DNA from: a virus
Lineage: Duplodnaviria; Heunggongvirae; Uroviricota; Caudoviricetes
Reading direction: 5' to 3' (one strand)
Length of the DNA: 42,956 nt
IMG/VR virus record: IMGVR_UViG_2721755643_000001
Of this stretch, positions 1 through 11,020 are shown piece after piece. The stretch's first letter is position 1, and each line of letters starts with the position of its first letter. Both the position numbers and the translations under genes were made by a program. Below the pieces are notes generated by a model. The model was not told where the DNA came from, searched no databases, and saw only the letters and a program-made list of their open reading frames with translations.

Positions 1-148
1 TTTTACTTCTTCATGCCAAAAGGGAGCTATCTCCCTTGTTTGAATTGAAAAGTCCAGGCTGCAAAGTCTGGGCTTTTGTCGTATTAGGGCACGGTAAAGT
101 TTGGCTGTGCCCGTAAAAAATGGCTGGCTATACACAAGGAATGTGGCA

Positions 149-2394
<2,246 letters not shown>

Positions 2395-2451
2395 AATTGC
2401 ATTAATTATCAATCTGTTAAGATGAGCAGGTCATTATTAGTCAAAATAAAA
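2395..2451. other. Probable attL / integration junction (AT-rich, immediately 3' of int)
   Basis: 57-bp AT-rich spacer between the host ORF stop and the int stop, the position attP occupies in lambda. Core sequence not determinable without the empty site or attR. Confidence 0.35.
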
Positions 2452-3525
2452 TCATTTGTCGATTTCAATTTTGTCCCATTCCCGTCCACGGCTGTCCCTA
2501 TACCGCGCCGCCATTGAATCTGATTTATGTCCGAGAAGACGTTGAGCAAATTTATCGCCAATCTGGTTCCGGTATAGCCTCGCTGACAGGCTACGCAGTT
2601 CATGGAATGTTGGCGGGTCTCCATCAAATGAGAGTCCGGAGGCATTTCTCGCCTTTGTAAAATACTTCGATACTGTTTTCGGGGAAAGCGGTTCGTGATG
2701 CGTTGAGGCGATTACAGTTTCACTGCCGCTGGCCTCCCTGCATTTCTGTAGTGTATCAACCAGTGAGATGTTGAGCGCGTCAATCGTTAGCGTCAGCGGA
2801 ATGGCAATCTTGGCTCCTGTTTTACCCTGCTCAATGTGAAGATGGTTGTCGTTTATGTCTGACCACTTCATTCTGCATAAATCGCCCACTCTCTGCCCTG
2901 TAATGACGGCCAAATCCATTGCCAGCCTCAGCCAGATAGGGAGAGGTTCGGCTGCATGGTAAATCTCGATATACTCATTAGCTGTAAGCCTTGAGCGCCT
3001 TACTTCTGACTTTGCTGTGCGGGTTGCTGTTACCGGATTCGTAGCCACATGCCCCTCGGCTATTGCTTCACGAAAAACGTCAACAAGGGTTGACCTGATT
3101 AATTTTGCGGAAGCCGCTTTACCTTCTGCTACGTAGGTGTTTAGCATTGCTGCCACCTCTTTCGTTGATATGTCATTGAGCGGTTTGTCCGGCAATTTTC
3201 TTCGAATCGCCCTGATTTTGCTGGCGTAGTCGAGTAGAGTTTTCGGTCTGATACCCCTCTCGCTGAGGATTGTTTCATATCGGTCAAGCCACGCATGAAG
3301 AGTGATTGCGTCAGCGCCTTTAATCCTGTCTATCAGTGACTCACGCCTGTTCTCAGATAGCAACTCAATATTGGCCTGAATAGCCTCTGAAACTGCTATC
3401 CTTCTGTCTCTGCCTAATCCGAACTCTTTACCCGTCCTTGGGTCCCTGTAGCAGTAATATCCATTGTTTCTTATATAAAGGTTAGGGGGTAAATCCCGGC
3501 GCTCATGACTTCGCCTTCTTCCCAT
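2452..3525 (-). CDS. int: Tyrosine integrase, lambda Int family
   Basis: 357 aa; N-terminus MGRRRSHERRDLPPNLYIRNNGYYCYRDPRTGKEFGLGRD and C-terminal HELRSLSARLY...LLGH...YRD motifs match lambda Int closely. Confidence 0.95.
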   Translation of the reverse strand: MGRRRSHERRDLPPNLYIRNNGYYCYRDPRTGKEFGLGRDRRIAVSEAIQANIELLSENRRESLIDRIKGADAITLHAWLDRYETILSERGIRPKTLLDYASKIRAIRRKLPDKPLNDISTKEVAAMLNTYVAEGKAASAKLIRSTLVDVFREAIAEGHVATNPVTATRTAKSEVRRSRLTANEYIEIYHAAEPLPIWLRLAMDLAVITGQRVGDLCRMKWSDINDNHLHIEQGKTGAKIAIPLTLTIDALNISLVDTLQKCREASGSETVIASTHHEPLSPKTVSKYFTKARNASGLSFDGDPPTFHELRSLSARLYRNQIGDKFAQRLLGHKSDSMAARYRDSRGREWDKIEIDK

Positions 3526-3721
3526 TTCTGATCCTCTTCAAAAGGCTACCTGTTACTGGTCGATTTAAGTCAACCTTTACCGCTGATTCGTGGAACAGAT
3601 ACTCTCTTCCATCCTTAACCGGAGGAGGGAATATCCTGCACTCGCGTACCCAGCGGCGAACCGTTTCCGGGTTCCGTGGACGTAACTGACGGGCGTTCCA
3701 TTCTTTGAGCGTCAAATACAT
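3503..3721 (-). CDS. xis: Excisionase, lambda Xis-like
   Basis: MYLTLKEWNARQ...RRWVRECRIFPPPVKDGREYLFHESAVKVDLNRP is near-identical to my recollection of lambda Xis; overlaps int start as in lambda. Start taken at the internal Met of track ORF 3503..3736. Confidence 0.9.
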   Translation of the reverse strand: MYLTLKEWNARQLRPRNPETVRRWVRECRIFPPPVKDGREYLFHESAVKVDLNRPVTGSLLKRIRNGKKAKS

Positions 3722-3825
3722 GTCATATCTCTGCAATATGACCGCCAGTAAATATACAGAATACTGGCGGGTGTGGTTGATTTTTAATAATCAGCTATGA
3801 AGTTCTAATCTGGATATAATGAAAT

Positions 3826-4014
3826 TCACGAGGACTGAAGTTTCTCGCAATTAAAATTTATCAGTTTTACTTTCTGCTCTCTGGAAACGCCTGCTTCTTT
3901 TTCCCCTGAGAGCATTTTTTCGCATTCTGATTTCGTTAGTTTTGTCTTTGAGTATCTTGTCCAGCTGGCAGGAGATCCACCTTCCTTTTCAATAGTGGCT
4001 GTAATTTTATACAT
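3826..4014 (-). CDS. Hypothetical small phage protein
   Basis: Track ORF 3826..4038; internal start at MYKITAT has a strong GGAGGTG Shine-Dalgarno 5 nt upstream. Confidence 0.5.
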   Translation of the reverse strand: MYKITATIEKEGGSPASWTRYSKTKLTKSECEKMLSGEKEAGVSREQKVKLINFNCEKLQSS

Positions 4015-4064
4015 GAACACCTCCATTAATATTTTCAAAAACCGTGTCCAAAATGCACTTGGTT

Positions 4065-5162
4065 TTACACCGGAATATTCTCATCGTATCCTGCTTGTTG
4101 CGTTTCGTTTTGTGTTTGTGGATCCGGGAATGCATATTCAACGCCTTCCAGTTCAATCCATAGTGCATTACGACCAGCTTTGATTGTCGGCCAGTCCATA
4201 CCTTTGATTCTTTCCCATGAGCGGGAGGTGAATGTTTTTTCCAGCAAATCAGCTTTTGCGCGTTTGGCGTCGTTACTGGTGCCCCCATGGTGCTTGTTGA
4301 GCAACTCGATAATTTCATCAAGTGCGATTTCTTTTGCACGCTTTTCTTTTAGCCATGTCGGTGTACCGTCGTTGGCAAATAATTCACTGTTATCCCGTGA
4401 GGTATCGATGCCGAGGTGTTCACCTCCCAGGTTAAGAAACTCGATATGAGGAAGAAAGTTTTTAAATGTTGGGTTTGAAAATACCTGTCCATCAATACGG
4501 GTGGAGCGATCTTTTAGTATTCTGGCGGTGCGCCACACCTGACCGGTTTCTATGTTCATTTGCTTCTCCATCTGGATCAGGATGGAGGGTTCATAACCGG
4601 TTTCTGTTTCTGCTTTCATTTTTATACCGGTTTTTGCCAACTGGCGTTTGCCATCATCACCTTCGAAAAAGTCATACTCATATCCTGCACGCCCGCACAT
4701 AATAATGTGCGCCTGACTGTTAACAAATCGATCGGTAAAGCGTCGCCACTCCTGTTTGAGCCACGCCCAGTCTGAAAATTCCAGTCCTCGTTTACGGTTT
4801 CGGCGTCTGGCATACTCGTCGCATAATCCGGTCCAGAAGTGACTGATGGAGTCGATGATCATTACGGAACCGCTGCTTTCCGCTTCATTAATGGCTTCAA
4901 GCAGATCAACAAACGAGCGGGTTTTTGCCGTAAATAATTCGATATTTTCCGCATCAAAGCGGGGTTTAACCCAGTCAGAGCCTGTTTCTGTGTCCAGAAA
5001 CATTACCGGGCGGTTACCAGCTTCAATTCCCCGTTGCCGCATAAGCATTACCAGACCAATAGCCAGTTCGCTTGCTGTGTAGGTTTTGCCGTCGCCAGCA
5101 AACCCCATAATTCCTGCTTTTAGATAGGCCTGTGTGTTTATTGCTCGTTGAAAAAGCGCCAT
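4065..5162 (-). CDS. RecA-superfamily ATPase (Sak4-like recombination protein, tentative)
   Basis: Walker A GFAGDGKT and RecA-type Walker B VMIIDSISHF; 365 aa; sits in the early-left recombination-gene position. Confidence 0.7.
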   Translation of the reverse strand: MALFQRAINTQAYLKAGIMGFAGDGKTYTASELAIGLVMLMRQRGIEAGNRPVMFLDTETGSDWVKPRFDAENIELFTAKTRSFVDLLEAINEAESSGSVMIIDSISHFWTGLCDEYARRRNRKRGLEFSDWAWLKQEWRRFTDRFVNSQAHIIMCGRAGYEYDFFEGDDGKRQLAKTGIKMKAETETGYEPSILIQMEKQMNIETGQVWRTARILKDRSTRIDGQVFSNPTFKNFLPHIEFLNLGGEHLGIDTSRDNSELFANDGTPTWLKEKRAKEIALDEIIELLNKHHGGTSNDAKRAKADLLEKTFTSRSWERIKGMDWPTIKAGRNALWIELEGVEYAFPDPQTQNETQQAGYDENIPV

Positions 5163-5167
5163 AGATT

Positions 5168-5467
5168 TTAGTCCTCCAAATCAATATCAACCTGGTGGTG
5201 GGCAATGGTTTCAGCCATGTACCGGATGTGTTCTGCCATGCGCTCCTGAAACTCAACATCATCATCAAATGCGTGGCTGATTGCCTGTTTATTGGCACCG
5301 TGGCGTTGCAAATGGTCGATGCAGAGCGATTCAAACAGGTGCTGAGGCAGACCTTTTTCCAGGTCGTCCGCCAGTTCCGTTTCTTTTTCTTCACGAACGA
5401 TCTGCTGGTAGTGGCGAGCCCATGCCATTTCTTCAATACGATCAAAAATCGGGTAAGCGCTCATCAC
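5168..5467 (-). CDS. Hypothetical acidic phage protein
   Basis: 99-aa ORF tightly packed in the leftward operon; overlaps the upstream gene stop by 26 nt. Confidence 0.55.
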   Translation of the reverse strand: MMSAYPIFDRIEEMAWARHYQQIVREEKETELADDLEKGLPQHLFESLCIDHLQRHGANKQAISHAFDDDVEFQERMAEHIRYMAETIAHHQVDIDLED

Positions 5468-7382
5468 TGGTCACTCCAAAATTTTCAAGCTTGTTGGCAA
5501 TCATCATTGCGATGTCAGGGATTGCAGGCGCATAGGCTATGCACGCAGGATTCGCACATAAACCGTAAACCGCCGCAATCAACACCTGTTTTTTCCAGTT
5601 GAGTTCATCTTCGCCAGTTTCATTATTGCTATCATTATGCTGATCGCTGCCAGCGTTCTCCGGTAACAAATCATCAGCTTTTTCCGTTTTCTTCGGCTCT
5701 TCTTCCTGTGCTTCATCTGGTTTTTTTTCGTCAAAAGTTTCCTGATAAGTTGCGTCTCCCATCACCGCGCCACAGTCAGGGCAGTTATCCTCGCCAGTCT
5801 GATTGCAGGGTGTTCCCTCCTCCGGTTCGCTGTTCTGGTGCTGTTTATCTTCAGTCTGTCGCACTTCATTTTCCGTTTTTTTGACTTCATTTGAGGAGAT
5901 ATGATGACCGGGAATCCATTTCGGATCATTCGGGTCGCTAATCCCTTCAACAAATTCTCCGCGAGAGGCAGCCAGTAATTTGTCTGCATCGACAGGATTT
6001 TTGGGCGGAATGTTTTTCCGGGCTTCATGGAGTTCTGCCCGCAGTTCCTGATATTTCGCATCAACAGCATTTACCTGTGACTGAGCATCCAGCGGCTGCG
6101 TGTCCTGATGATGTTCAGTTGCATCCGGTTCCACTGTTTCAGCCGTTGCCTGTTCATCTGCCATTGCGCAAGATGGTTGCGGTTTTTCTTCATCATCCTG
6201 TTTTCCTTCTTCTGTTACACGCTGCGGCATCGGGGCAGAGGAGCGACCGCAGGCAATATCCACGATTTCCGGATCAGGGTTGGCATGATCGGTTTCAGTC
6301 AGTACCTTGTTCAGATATTCAGTGACGTGCGCGGGGATGACCTCGATCCCAATTGGTGCTTCTTTTACGGACGCAACCACGATGGCGCGGGAATAATCCA
6401 GCCCGCCAGGCATGGTGATGAATTTGTCGCGGAAAACAGAAAAGGGCGGTTTATTTTCAGCGATAATTTCCTCAATGCGTTTAGCGTGTGCCGGATGAAG
6501 GTTATAGATGTCCAGATCCATTGAACGGGCCAGTACGCCAGTGGCTACGTCGCGCGCCAGTGACGTCAGATCGTGTACGAAACCTTCGCCGCGATCGGTG
6601 AGGTTTCCGCCGCCAGCATTAGCACCGGAAGCCGTGCGAGTGATGTGTGAAACACGATTACCCTTCATCCACTCTTTTGTCAGCAGTCCTCGATCGGTGT
6701 AGTCAGCGTTCAGGTATGCTTCGAAAAAAGCAGTTATCAGTCCCAGGCTTGAATTACCAGGATTAGGGAAAACTTTGTCAGTGTCACGAACCAGTTTGTG
6801 GAGATCGCGAATTTCCAGCGGGTCGAGCAGGCTGGTTTTGTGGGAAACAGCCAGGGCAGTAACAGCCGGTAGTTCTTCAGCCCGAGCAATGTGTAATGCC
6901 TGGAGTCCGTCGCGTGAAACGTGCGTTACCGGTTTTTCGCTGCCGTGTTGAGCAAGCCAGCGAATGGGCAGTTCCTGACCGGAAACTGGCAGGAGCATGT
7001 TCTCCTCAATTTCTGTCATGTCTTCGCCGTTGACGTTGGTATTGTCAGTGCTGGCTGGTTTGTCCTGAACAGAGGGAGAAGATGCGATAAATACCATTGT
7101 GATGCCATCTTCCCCGCCTTTTTCGTAACGGTTGCAGAATTCCGTATCAAACACGCCTTCTGGCGGGAGGTCATCAACAACGGGCAAATTGACGTGAACA
7201 GGTTTTTTAAAGTCATCTTCATCGTAGCCTGCATCGTCAATCGCAACAGCACCACGGGAGATGGCAATGGATAATTTTTTCGCTTCAGCCCAGTAAAAAC
7301 CGCCTTTAATACCGAGGCGTTTTCTTACTTTGTCATTTTTTGCTTCGTAATACAGTGGGTAAACTTGTTTATCGGTGCTCAT
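5442..7382 (-). CDS. Large hypothetical early protein with acidic low-complexity C-terminal third
   Basis: 646-aa ORF; C-terminal region rich in D/E/Q/K/T/P (e.g. [33 protein letters not shown]); no motif I can assign. Confidence 0.8.
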   Translation of the reverse strand: MSTDKQVYPLYYEAKNDKVRKRLGIKGGFYWAEAKKLSIAISRGAVAIDDAGYDEDDFKKPVHVNLPVVDDLPPEGVFDTEFCNRYEKGGEDGITMVFIASSPSVQDKPASTDNTNVNGEDMTEIEENMLLPVSGQELPIRWLAQHGSEKPVTHVSRDGLQALHIARAEELPAVTALAVSHKTSLLDPLEIRDLHKLVRDTDKVFPNPGNSSLGLITAFFEAYLNADYTDRGLLTKEWMKGNRVSHITRTASGANAGGGNLTDRGEGFVHDLTSLARDVATGVLARSMDLDIYNLHPAHAKRIEEIIAENKPPFSVFRDKFITMPGGLDYSRAIVVASVKEAPIGIEVIPAHVTEYLNKVLTETDHANPDPEIVDIACGRSSAPMPQRVTEEGKQDDEEKPQPSCAMADEQATAETVEPDATEHHQDTQPLDAQSQVNAVDAKYQELRAELHEARKNIPPKNPVDADKLLAASRGEFVEGISDPNDPKWIPGHHISSNEVKKTENEVRQTEDKQHQNSEPEEGTPCNQTGEDNCPDCGAVMGDATYQETFDEKKPDEAQEEEPKKTEKADDLLPENAGSDQHNDSNNETGEDELNWKKQVLIAAVYGLCANPACIAYAPAIPDIAMMIANKLENFGVTSDERLPDF

Positions 7383-7405
7383 TGTTTTTTAACCTCAACT
7401 CATAT

Positions 7406-7702
7406 TCAGATTGCATAAAAGAAACGAACTGATGATGCGATATGAGAGAGTTCTTTCAGTCGTTGATAACTGATACCGTATTTCTTGTCAGCCTCTTCAA
7501 TGCGAGCTGTGAGTAATGCAATTTCTTTAATGGCACATACACAACAATCAAATGTTCTCAGGACGTAACAGCCATCAATAATTACCGTGACGTTTTCTTT
7601 TTGGGAAATCTGAATGAAACTATGTAATGTATTCCCACATTTAAATTCGGCGAGAGAATCGTTAATAACATCAAGTTCAATTTCACATTCAATAATACTC
7701 AT
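7406..7702 (-). CDS. Hypothetical small phage protein
   Basis: Track ORF 7406..7750; start placed at Met17 (MSIIECEIELD) by arithmetic on the track frame; start choice uncertain. Confidence 0.5.
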   Translation of the reverse strand: MSIIECEIELDVINDSLAEFKCGNTLHSFIQISQKENVTVIIDGCYVLRTFDCCVCAIKEIALLTARIEEADKKYGISYQRLKELSHIASSVRFFYAI

Positions 7703-7776
7703 TGCTGTTTCCTTTTTTAAGGTTGAGTGAATCCCTGCCATTGCTGGCATAAATTCAGTTTCGAATATTCAGTTAA

Positions 7777-8058
7777 TTAAAGTTCGTGTGCCATCTGGTC
7801 TTTTTCGGCACAGATTTCACTACAATATTTGCGTTTCTTTTTCCTCATCATGGTTCCGTGCATGTAAATAAGTTCAGCAGTGTAAGCCTTATCAGGGCTT
7901 ACTTGTCTGTCACACAGGCCATAAGCACAGGGAATTAAATCGGGATCACCTTTCTGCTGGAGGGTTTTTTTGATTATCCATAACAATTTTTTGATTCCGG
8001 TGTGTGTTATGGTCTGCTGAGGTGCAGAGGTAAAACAATAATCAAGCATAGGGTTCAT
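7777..8058 (-). CDS. Hypothetical small Cys-containing phage protein
   Basis: 93 aa with spaced cysteines (CAYGLCD...YCSEIC), possible zinc ribbon; 16-nt gap to the next gene. Confidence 0.55.
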   Translation of the reverse strand: MNPMLDYCFTSAPQQTITHTGIKKLLWIIKKTLQQKGDPDLIPCAYGLCDRQVSPDKAYTAELIYMHGTMMRKKKRKYCSEICAEKDQMAHEL

Positions 8059-8074
8059 ATCCGTAGCTCCATTT

Positions 8075-8623
8075 TTATTTTAAAGAAAGTAATTGTTCCA
8101 CAGTCATATTTTTAATTGCGCCCCGGTTAACAAGAGTCCATCCCTGTTTTTCCAGATAAAACCGGAAAGTCTCCAGGGTACAGACCAGTGCGCCATCAGG
8201 AACGGTTTCGGTGAATTCGACATTGCCGAATTTGTCGAAGTGAACAACCAGAGTGCGACCATCACCCGGAATCATCTTGTCAGCAGGTGGGGTGTTATTC
8301 TGGCGCAGTTCGGCCTCCATGCGGTCGAACTCAGCAATGTAGGCTTCCTTGAATGCGGCGGCTTTTTTGCCAGTGAAGCCCATCACCAGGAAAACGAAGC
8401 CGTTTTTGGTGATTTGGTACATTGGGAGTTTGCGCCCGGTTGAGTCGGTGTATTCGCTCGCCTCAAAATTGAGGGCAGTAAATTTATCTGAGCATTCAAT
8501 ATTTGCGATGGCACGTAACACATTGTCGTGTCGTTTGTGGAAGAACTCTGCAACCGCAACAGACGTAGTGACAGCGCGACCGTTTTCTACGGTTACACAA
8601 GGGTGAGAAAGGGTAGTAGCCAT
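8075..8623 (-). CDS. Phage regulatory protein, Rha family
   Basis: Motifs FHKRHDNVLRAI and MYQITKNGFVFLVMGFTGKKAAAFKEAYIAEFDRME typical of Rha; start set at Met99 of track ORF 8075..8917 because the upstream part of that ORF contains a terminator hairpin. Confidence 0.75.
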   Translation of the reverse strand: MATTLSHPCVTVENGRAVTTSVAVAEFFHKRHDNVLRAIANIECSDKFTALNFEASEYTDSTGRKLPMYQITKNGFVFLVMGFTGKKAAAFKEAYIAEFDRMEAELRQNNTPPADKMIPGDGRTLVVHFDKFGNVEFTETVPDGALVCTLETFRFYLEKQGWTLVNRGAIKNMTVEQLLSLK

Positions 8624-8789
8624 GATGGCAGCCTCCGCGATGAATTTGATTAACTCACCACCGGAGGTAGCAATCTCATGGGTGGTGAGACGTACAGGGT
8701 TGCTACAACCGGTCATCACGGAACCCGGCCAGTCTTGCGACTGCCCCGCACGCCCCACCATAATTTGAATGTGGCTGTGCATTACGCAT

Positions 8790-8817
8790 AAAAAAACCGC
8801 CTGAGCGCGGTTATGCG
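8790..8817 (-). terminator. Rho-independent terminator-like hairpin upstream of the Rha gene
   Basis: Minus strand reads AACCGC-GCTCAG-GCGGTT followed by a T7 run; flanked by a CGCATA/TATGCG outer repeat. Confidence 0.55.
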
Positions 8818-8939
8818 CCGTGAATGACTTCGGGGTAGCAATCCCGGCACCCGTTTTATGAGGTGCAGGTGCACTATAATTCCACCCGTTCTGGTTTTCA
8901 ATAGCTACATTCAACATTTTCTCTTTCCTTTCATCACCG

Positions 8940-9094
8940 AAGTGAATTTTGTGATGCGGTGCCTGGTGCCTCCAGGTGACGTTAACCAGTTAACAATTAC
9001 AGTCGGCTTTCCCACCCAAACCAATAAGGACTAACATGACTTTTAACTGTGCCGCGTGCGCTTAGCCGCATTCACCGCATCACAAAATTCACTT
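8940..9094. repeat. Perfect 22-bp inverted repeat pair flanking about 111 bp
   Basis: AAGTGAATTTTGTGATGCGGTG at 8940-8961 and its exact reverse complement at 9073-9094; the interior has a CCTGG/CCAGG hairpin and GTTAAC palindromes. Confidence 0.8.
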
Positions 9095-9204
9095 TAAAAA
9101 GGGCGGACATCAGCCAGCAATGAAACTGATGCCGCCAAAATCCACTCATAAAGTTCATCATCGGTATAGTCTGGCGCGATGATGACGGGTTCTCGTTTCT
9201 GCAT
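9094..9204 (-). CDS. Hypothetical small early-left protein (36 aa)
   Basis: ATG preceded by GAGGA at 5-nt spacing; it is the C-terminal portion of track ORF 9094..9366; peptide MQKREPVIIAPDYTDDELYEWILAASVSLLADVRPF. Confidence 0.45.
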   Translation of the reverse strand: MQKREPVIIAPDYTDDELYEWILAASVSLLADVRPF

Positions 9205-9232
9205 ACTGATTCCTCGCGTGCTGTTTCGCTTA

Positions 9233-9361
9233 TCAGCCGTTAGATTTTGCCGAACTGGAAAGCGCCTGTTTAAATTCGCTGAAGCTGAGAGCTTCTTCGC
9301 CTTCGGCAAGGCCTTCGAAGTATTCTTCGTAAGCCTTTTCCATGATTGTGTCGAAATCCAT
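9233..9361 (-). CDS. Hypothetical small acidic early-left protein (42 aa)
   Basis: Not in the track (under 60 aa); ATG preceded by AGGTGAGTGA; peptide MDFDTIMEKAYEEYFEGLAEGEEALSFSEFKQALSSSAKSNG. Confidence 0.45.
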   Translation of the reverse strand: MDFDTIMEKAYEEYFEGLAEGEEALSFSEFKQALSSSAKSNG

Positions 9362-9362
9362 A

Positions 9363-9518
9363 TCACTCACCTGAGTTTCTTTCCAGCCAGCGACGCGCGC
9401 CAGCTTCGGTTTTAAACGTTTTGCTTTTGGTATAAGTCATGGCGGTGAACGTTCCATCCTGGTTGGGGAACACGCCACATACCAGAGATTCGTTGTTGCC
9501 AAGATCGATAGTATTCAT
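9363..9518 (-). CDS. Hypothetical small early-left protein (51 aa), first gene after the leftward promoter
   Basis: Not in the track; ATG preceded by GAGG; its stop sits inside the Shine-Dalgarno of the next ORF; peptide MNTIDLGNNESLVCGVFPNQDGTFTAMTYTKSKTFKTEAGARRWLERNSGE. Confidence 0.5.
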   Translation of the reverse strand: MNTIDLGNNESLVCGVFPNQDGTFTAMTYTKSKTFKTEAGARRWLERNSGE

Positions 9519-9689
9519 GTTGACCTCATTTCCCCTTAACGCCGGGTGGCGGAACTAAAACCTGCTGCACTGCAAAATTTGAACCCTGCCGTCATGTTCT
9601 TACGCCTCGGGCTGGCTACTTAACCCCTGACCACTGCCTGGTAACTCGAAGTATTGCCCTGCGTTCTGTGGGGCGGGGTGGGTTGATGG

Positions 9690-9750
9690 ATACAATCTAC
9701 AAATTAAAATTTAATTGGTCAATATATTTATTATTAAATTTGTAATTGCG
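9690..9750. promoter_or_regulatory. OL-like operator / leftward early promoter region
   Basis: AT-rich; the 15-mer ATTAAATTTGTAATT (9733-9747) recurs exactly at 10975-10989 in the repressor-cro intergenic region; inverted TACAAAT / ATTTGTA half-sites. Confidence 0.5.
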
Positions 9751-9790
9751 AACGATTGCATTAGTCCCAAAATGGGACTATCATGCAGTT

Positions 9791-10093
9791 ATGAAGATCA
9801 TCTCAGTTAAAACACTCAGGGATTTTTGGGCGGAGAATCCCGATGCAGAACAACCGCTAAGGGCATGGGTGGATGAGGCAGCAAAAGCTGACTGGAAAAG
9901 CCCGGCAGACATTAAGGCACAATACCGAACGGCTAGTATATTGAAAAGCCGGCGTGTGGTATTCAACATAAAAGGTAATCATTACCGTTTAATTGTTGCA
10001 ATTGCGTATCAGCGAGGATGGGTATTTGTTAAATTCATCGGAAGCCACAAGGAATACGATGCCATTGATGCTGATACCATCGAACTGGAGTAA
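9791..10093 (+). CDS. higB: Type II toxin, HigB/RelE-like mRNA interferase
   Basis: About 100 aa, MKIISVKTLRDFW...YRLIVAIAYQRGWVFVKFIGSHKEYD resembles HigB; toxin-first order, 2-nt gap to an HTH antitoxin. Confidence 0.75.
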   Translation: MKIISVKTLRDFWAENPDAEQPLRAWVDEAAKADWKSPADIKAQYRTASILKSRRVVFNIKGNHYRLIVAIAYQRGWVFVKFIGSHKEYDAIDADTIELE

Positions 10094-10095
10094 GC

Positions 10096-10455
10096 ATGAA
10101 CATCAAACCTATTCGTACAGAGCAAGATTATGAAGCCGCGTTGCGTGCTGTTGAGCCTATGTTCGACAATGAACCGGAAATTAACACGCCTGAGGGGGAT
10201 TTCTTTGAGGTGATGTGTTTGCTAATAGAGGAATATGAAAAAAAACATTATCCCATTGAGCCACCATCCCCAATTGAAGCTATAAGATTTCGCATGGAAC
10301 AGCAGGGGCTGACCGTGAAAGATTTGGAACCCGCAATTGGGAAAAAAAATCGGGTTTACGAGGTGTTGAATGGCACCAGAAGCCTTACGTTACCAATGAT
10401 TCGCCGTCTTCATAATCAATTTGGTATCCCCTTGGAAAGCTTGGTGGGATTATAA
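10096..10455 (+). CDS. higA: Type II antitoxin, HigA-like (XRE-type HTH)
   Basis: 119 aa immediately downstream of the toxin; C-terminal HTH-like segment GLTVKDLEPAIGKKNRVYEVLNG. Confidence 0.75.
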   Translation: MNIKPIRTEQDYEAALRAVEPMFDNEPEINTPEGDFFEVMCLLIEEYEKKHYPIEPPSPIEAIRFRMEQQGLTVKDLEPAIGKKNRVYEVLNGTRSLTLPMIRRLHNQFGIPLESLVGL

Positions 10456-10501
10456 AATCTGCTAGTCATTTGCCTGATACTCGTTCCAGAAAAGGAACGC
10501 A

Positions 10502-10894
10502 TCAGGCAGTTTTGTTTTTCTGCCGCAGTAACTCTTCAAGTTTTCGTTTATAGAAATCGCGTTTTTGCTCCATATCTCGAATGATCTGCTCTGCGTCGCT
10601 TTGAGGTAACTCATCTAAAAGCGATATGATTTTTCGTTGCTGTTCTGTAAGTTGCGGTTGGTTGTCATTAGTGGATACAGCCATCTTATCGCCGAGAGCT
10701 TCTTCTTCCATAAAGAACCAATGGACGGGATGTTGTGAGAGCTCTGCTAATTTTTCCAGTTTATCCATTCTTGGCATCACGCCTTTCAACCAACCTTGCA
10801 CGGATTGGGGTTTTACACCAAGACGTCTTCCCAGCTCTGACTGGTTTATATTCAATTCCTGCAACACCTGCTGAAGGCGTTTTACAAAGATCAT
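10502..10894 (-). CDS. Prophage repressor (CI-like, HTH_XRE)
   Basis: HTH QSELGRRLGVKPQSVQGWLKG; divergent from the Cro-like gene; ATG start with AGGGGTGG Shine-Dalgarno chosen over upstream GTG codons in the track ORF. Confidence 0.8.
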   Translation of the reverse strand: MIFVKRLQQVLQELNINQSELGRRLGVKPQSVQGWLKGVMPRMDKLEKLAELSQHPVHWFFMEEEALGDKMAVSTNDNQPQLTEQQRKIISLLDELPQSDAEQIIRDMEQKRDFYKRKLEELLRQKNKTA

Positions 10895-10939
10895 CACCAC
10901 CCCTCGAAAACTAATCTCGCAATTCTACAGAAAAAATTG

Positions 10940-11020
10940 ATAAGTGGCATTACAAATAGAAGTTGAAATTTAAAATTAAATTTGTAATTATCGATACCAT
11001 CGTAAAGTTTGGAGGGAAAC
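10940..11020. promoter_or_regulatory. OR-like operator region with divergent promoters
   Basis: Intergenic between divergent repressor and Cro-like genes; ATTACAAAT (10949-10957) and ATTTGTAAT (10980-10988) are inverted half-sites; 15-mer shared with 9733-9747. Confidence 0.55.

Noticed and set aside
9094-9366. 90-aa minus-strand ORF as a single gene (possible N-like protein)
   Set aside because: GTG start with the Shine-Dalgarno directly abutting it; the region resolves more plausibly into coupled short ORFs. Kept as an open question in the findings.
9179-9415. 78-aa plus-strand ORF inside the leftward early operon
   Set aside because: Antisense to three minus-strand mini-ORFs that have good ribosome-binding sites; orientation conflicts with the leftward operon.
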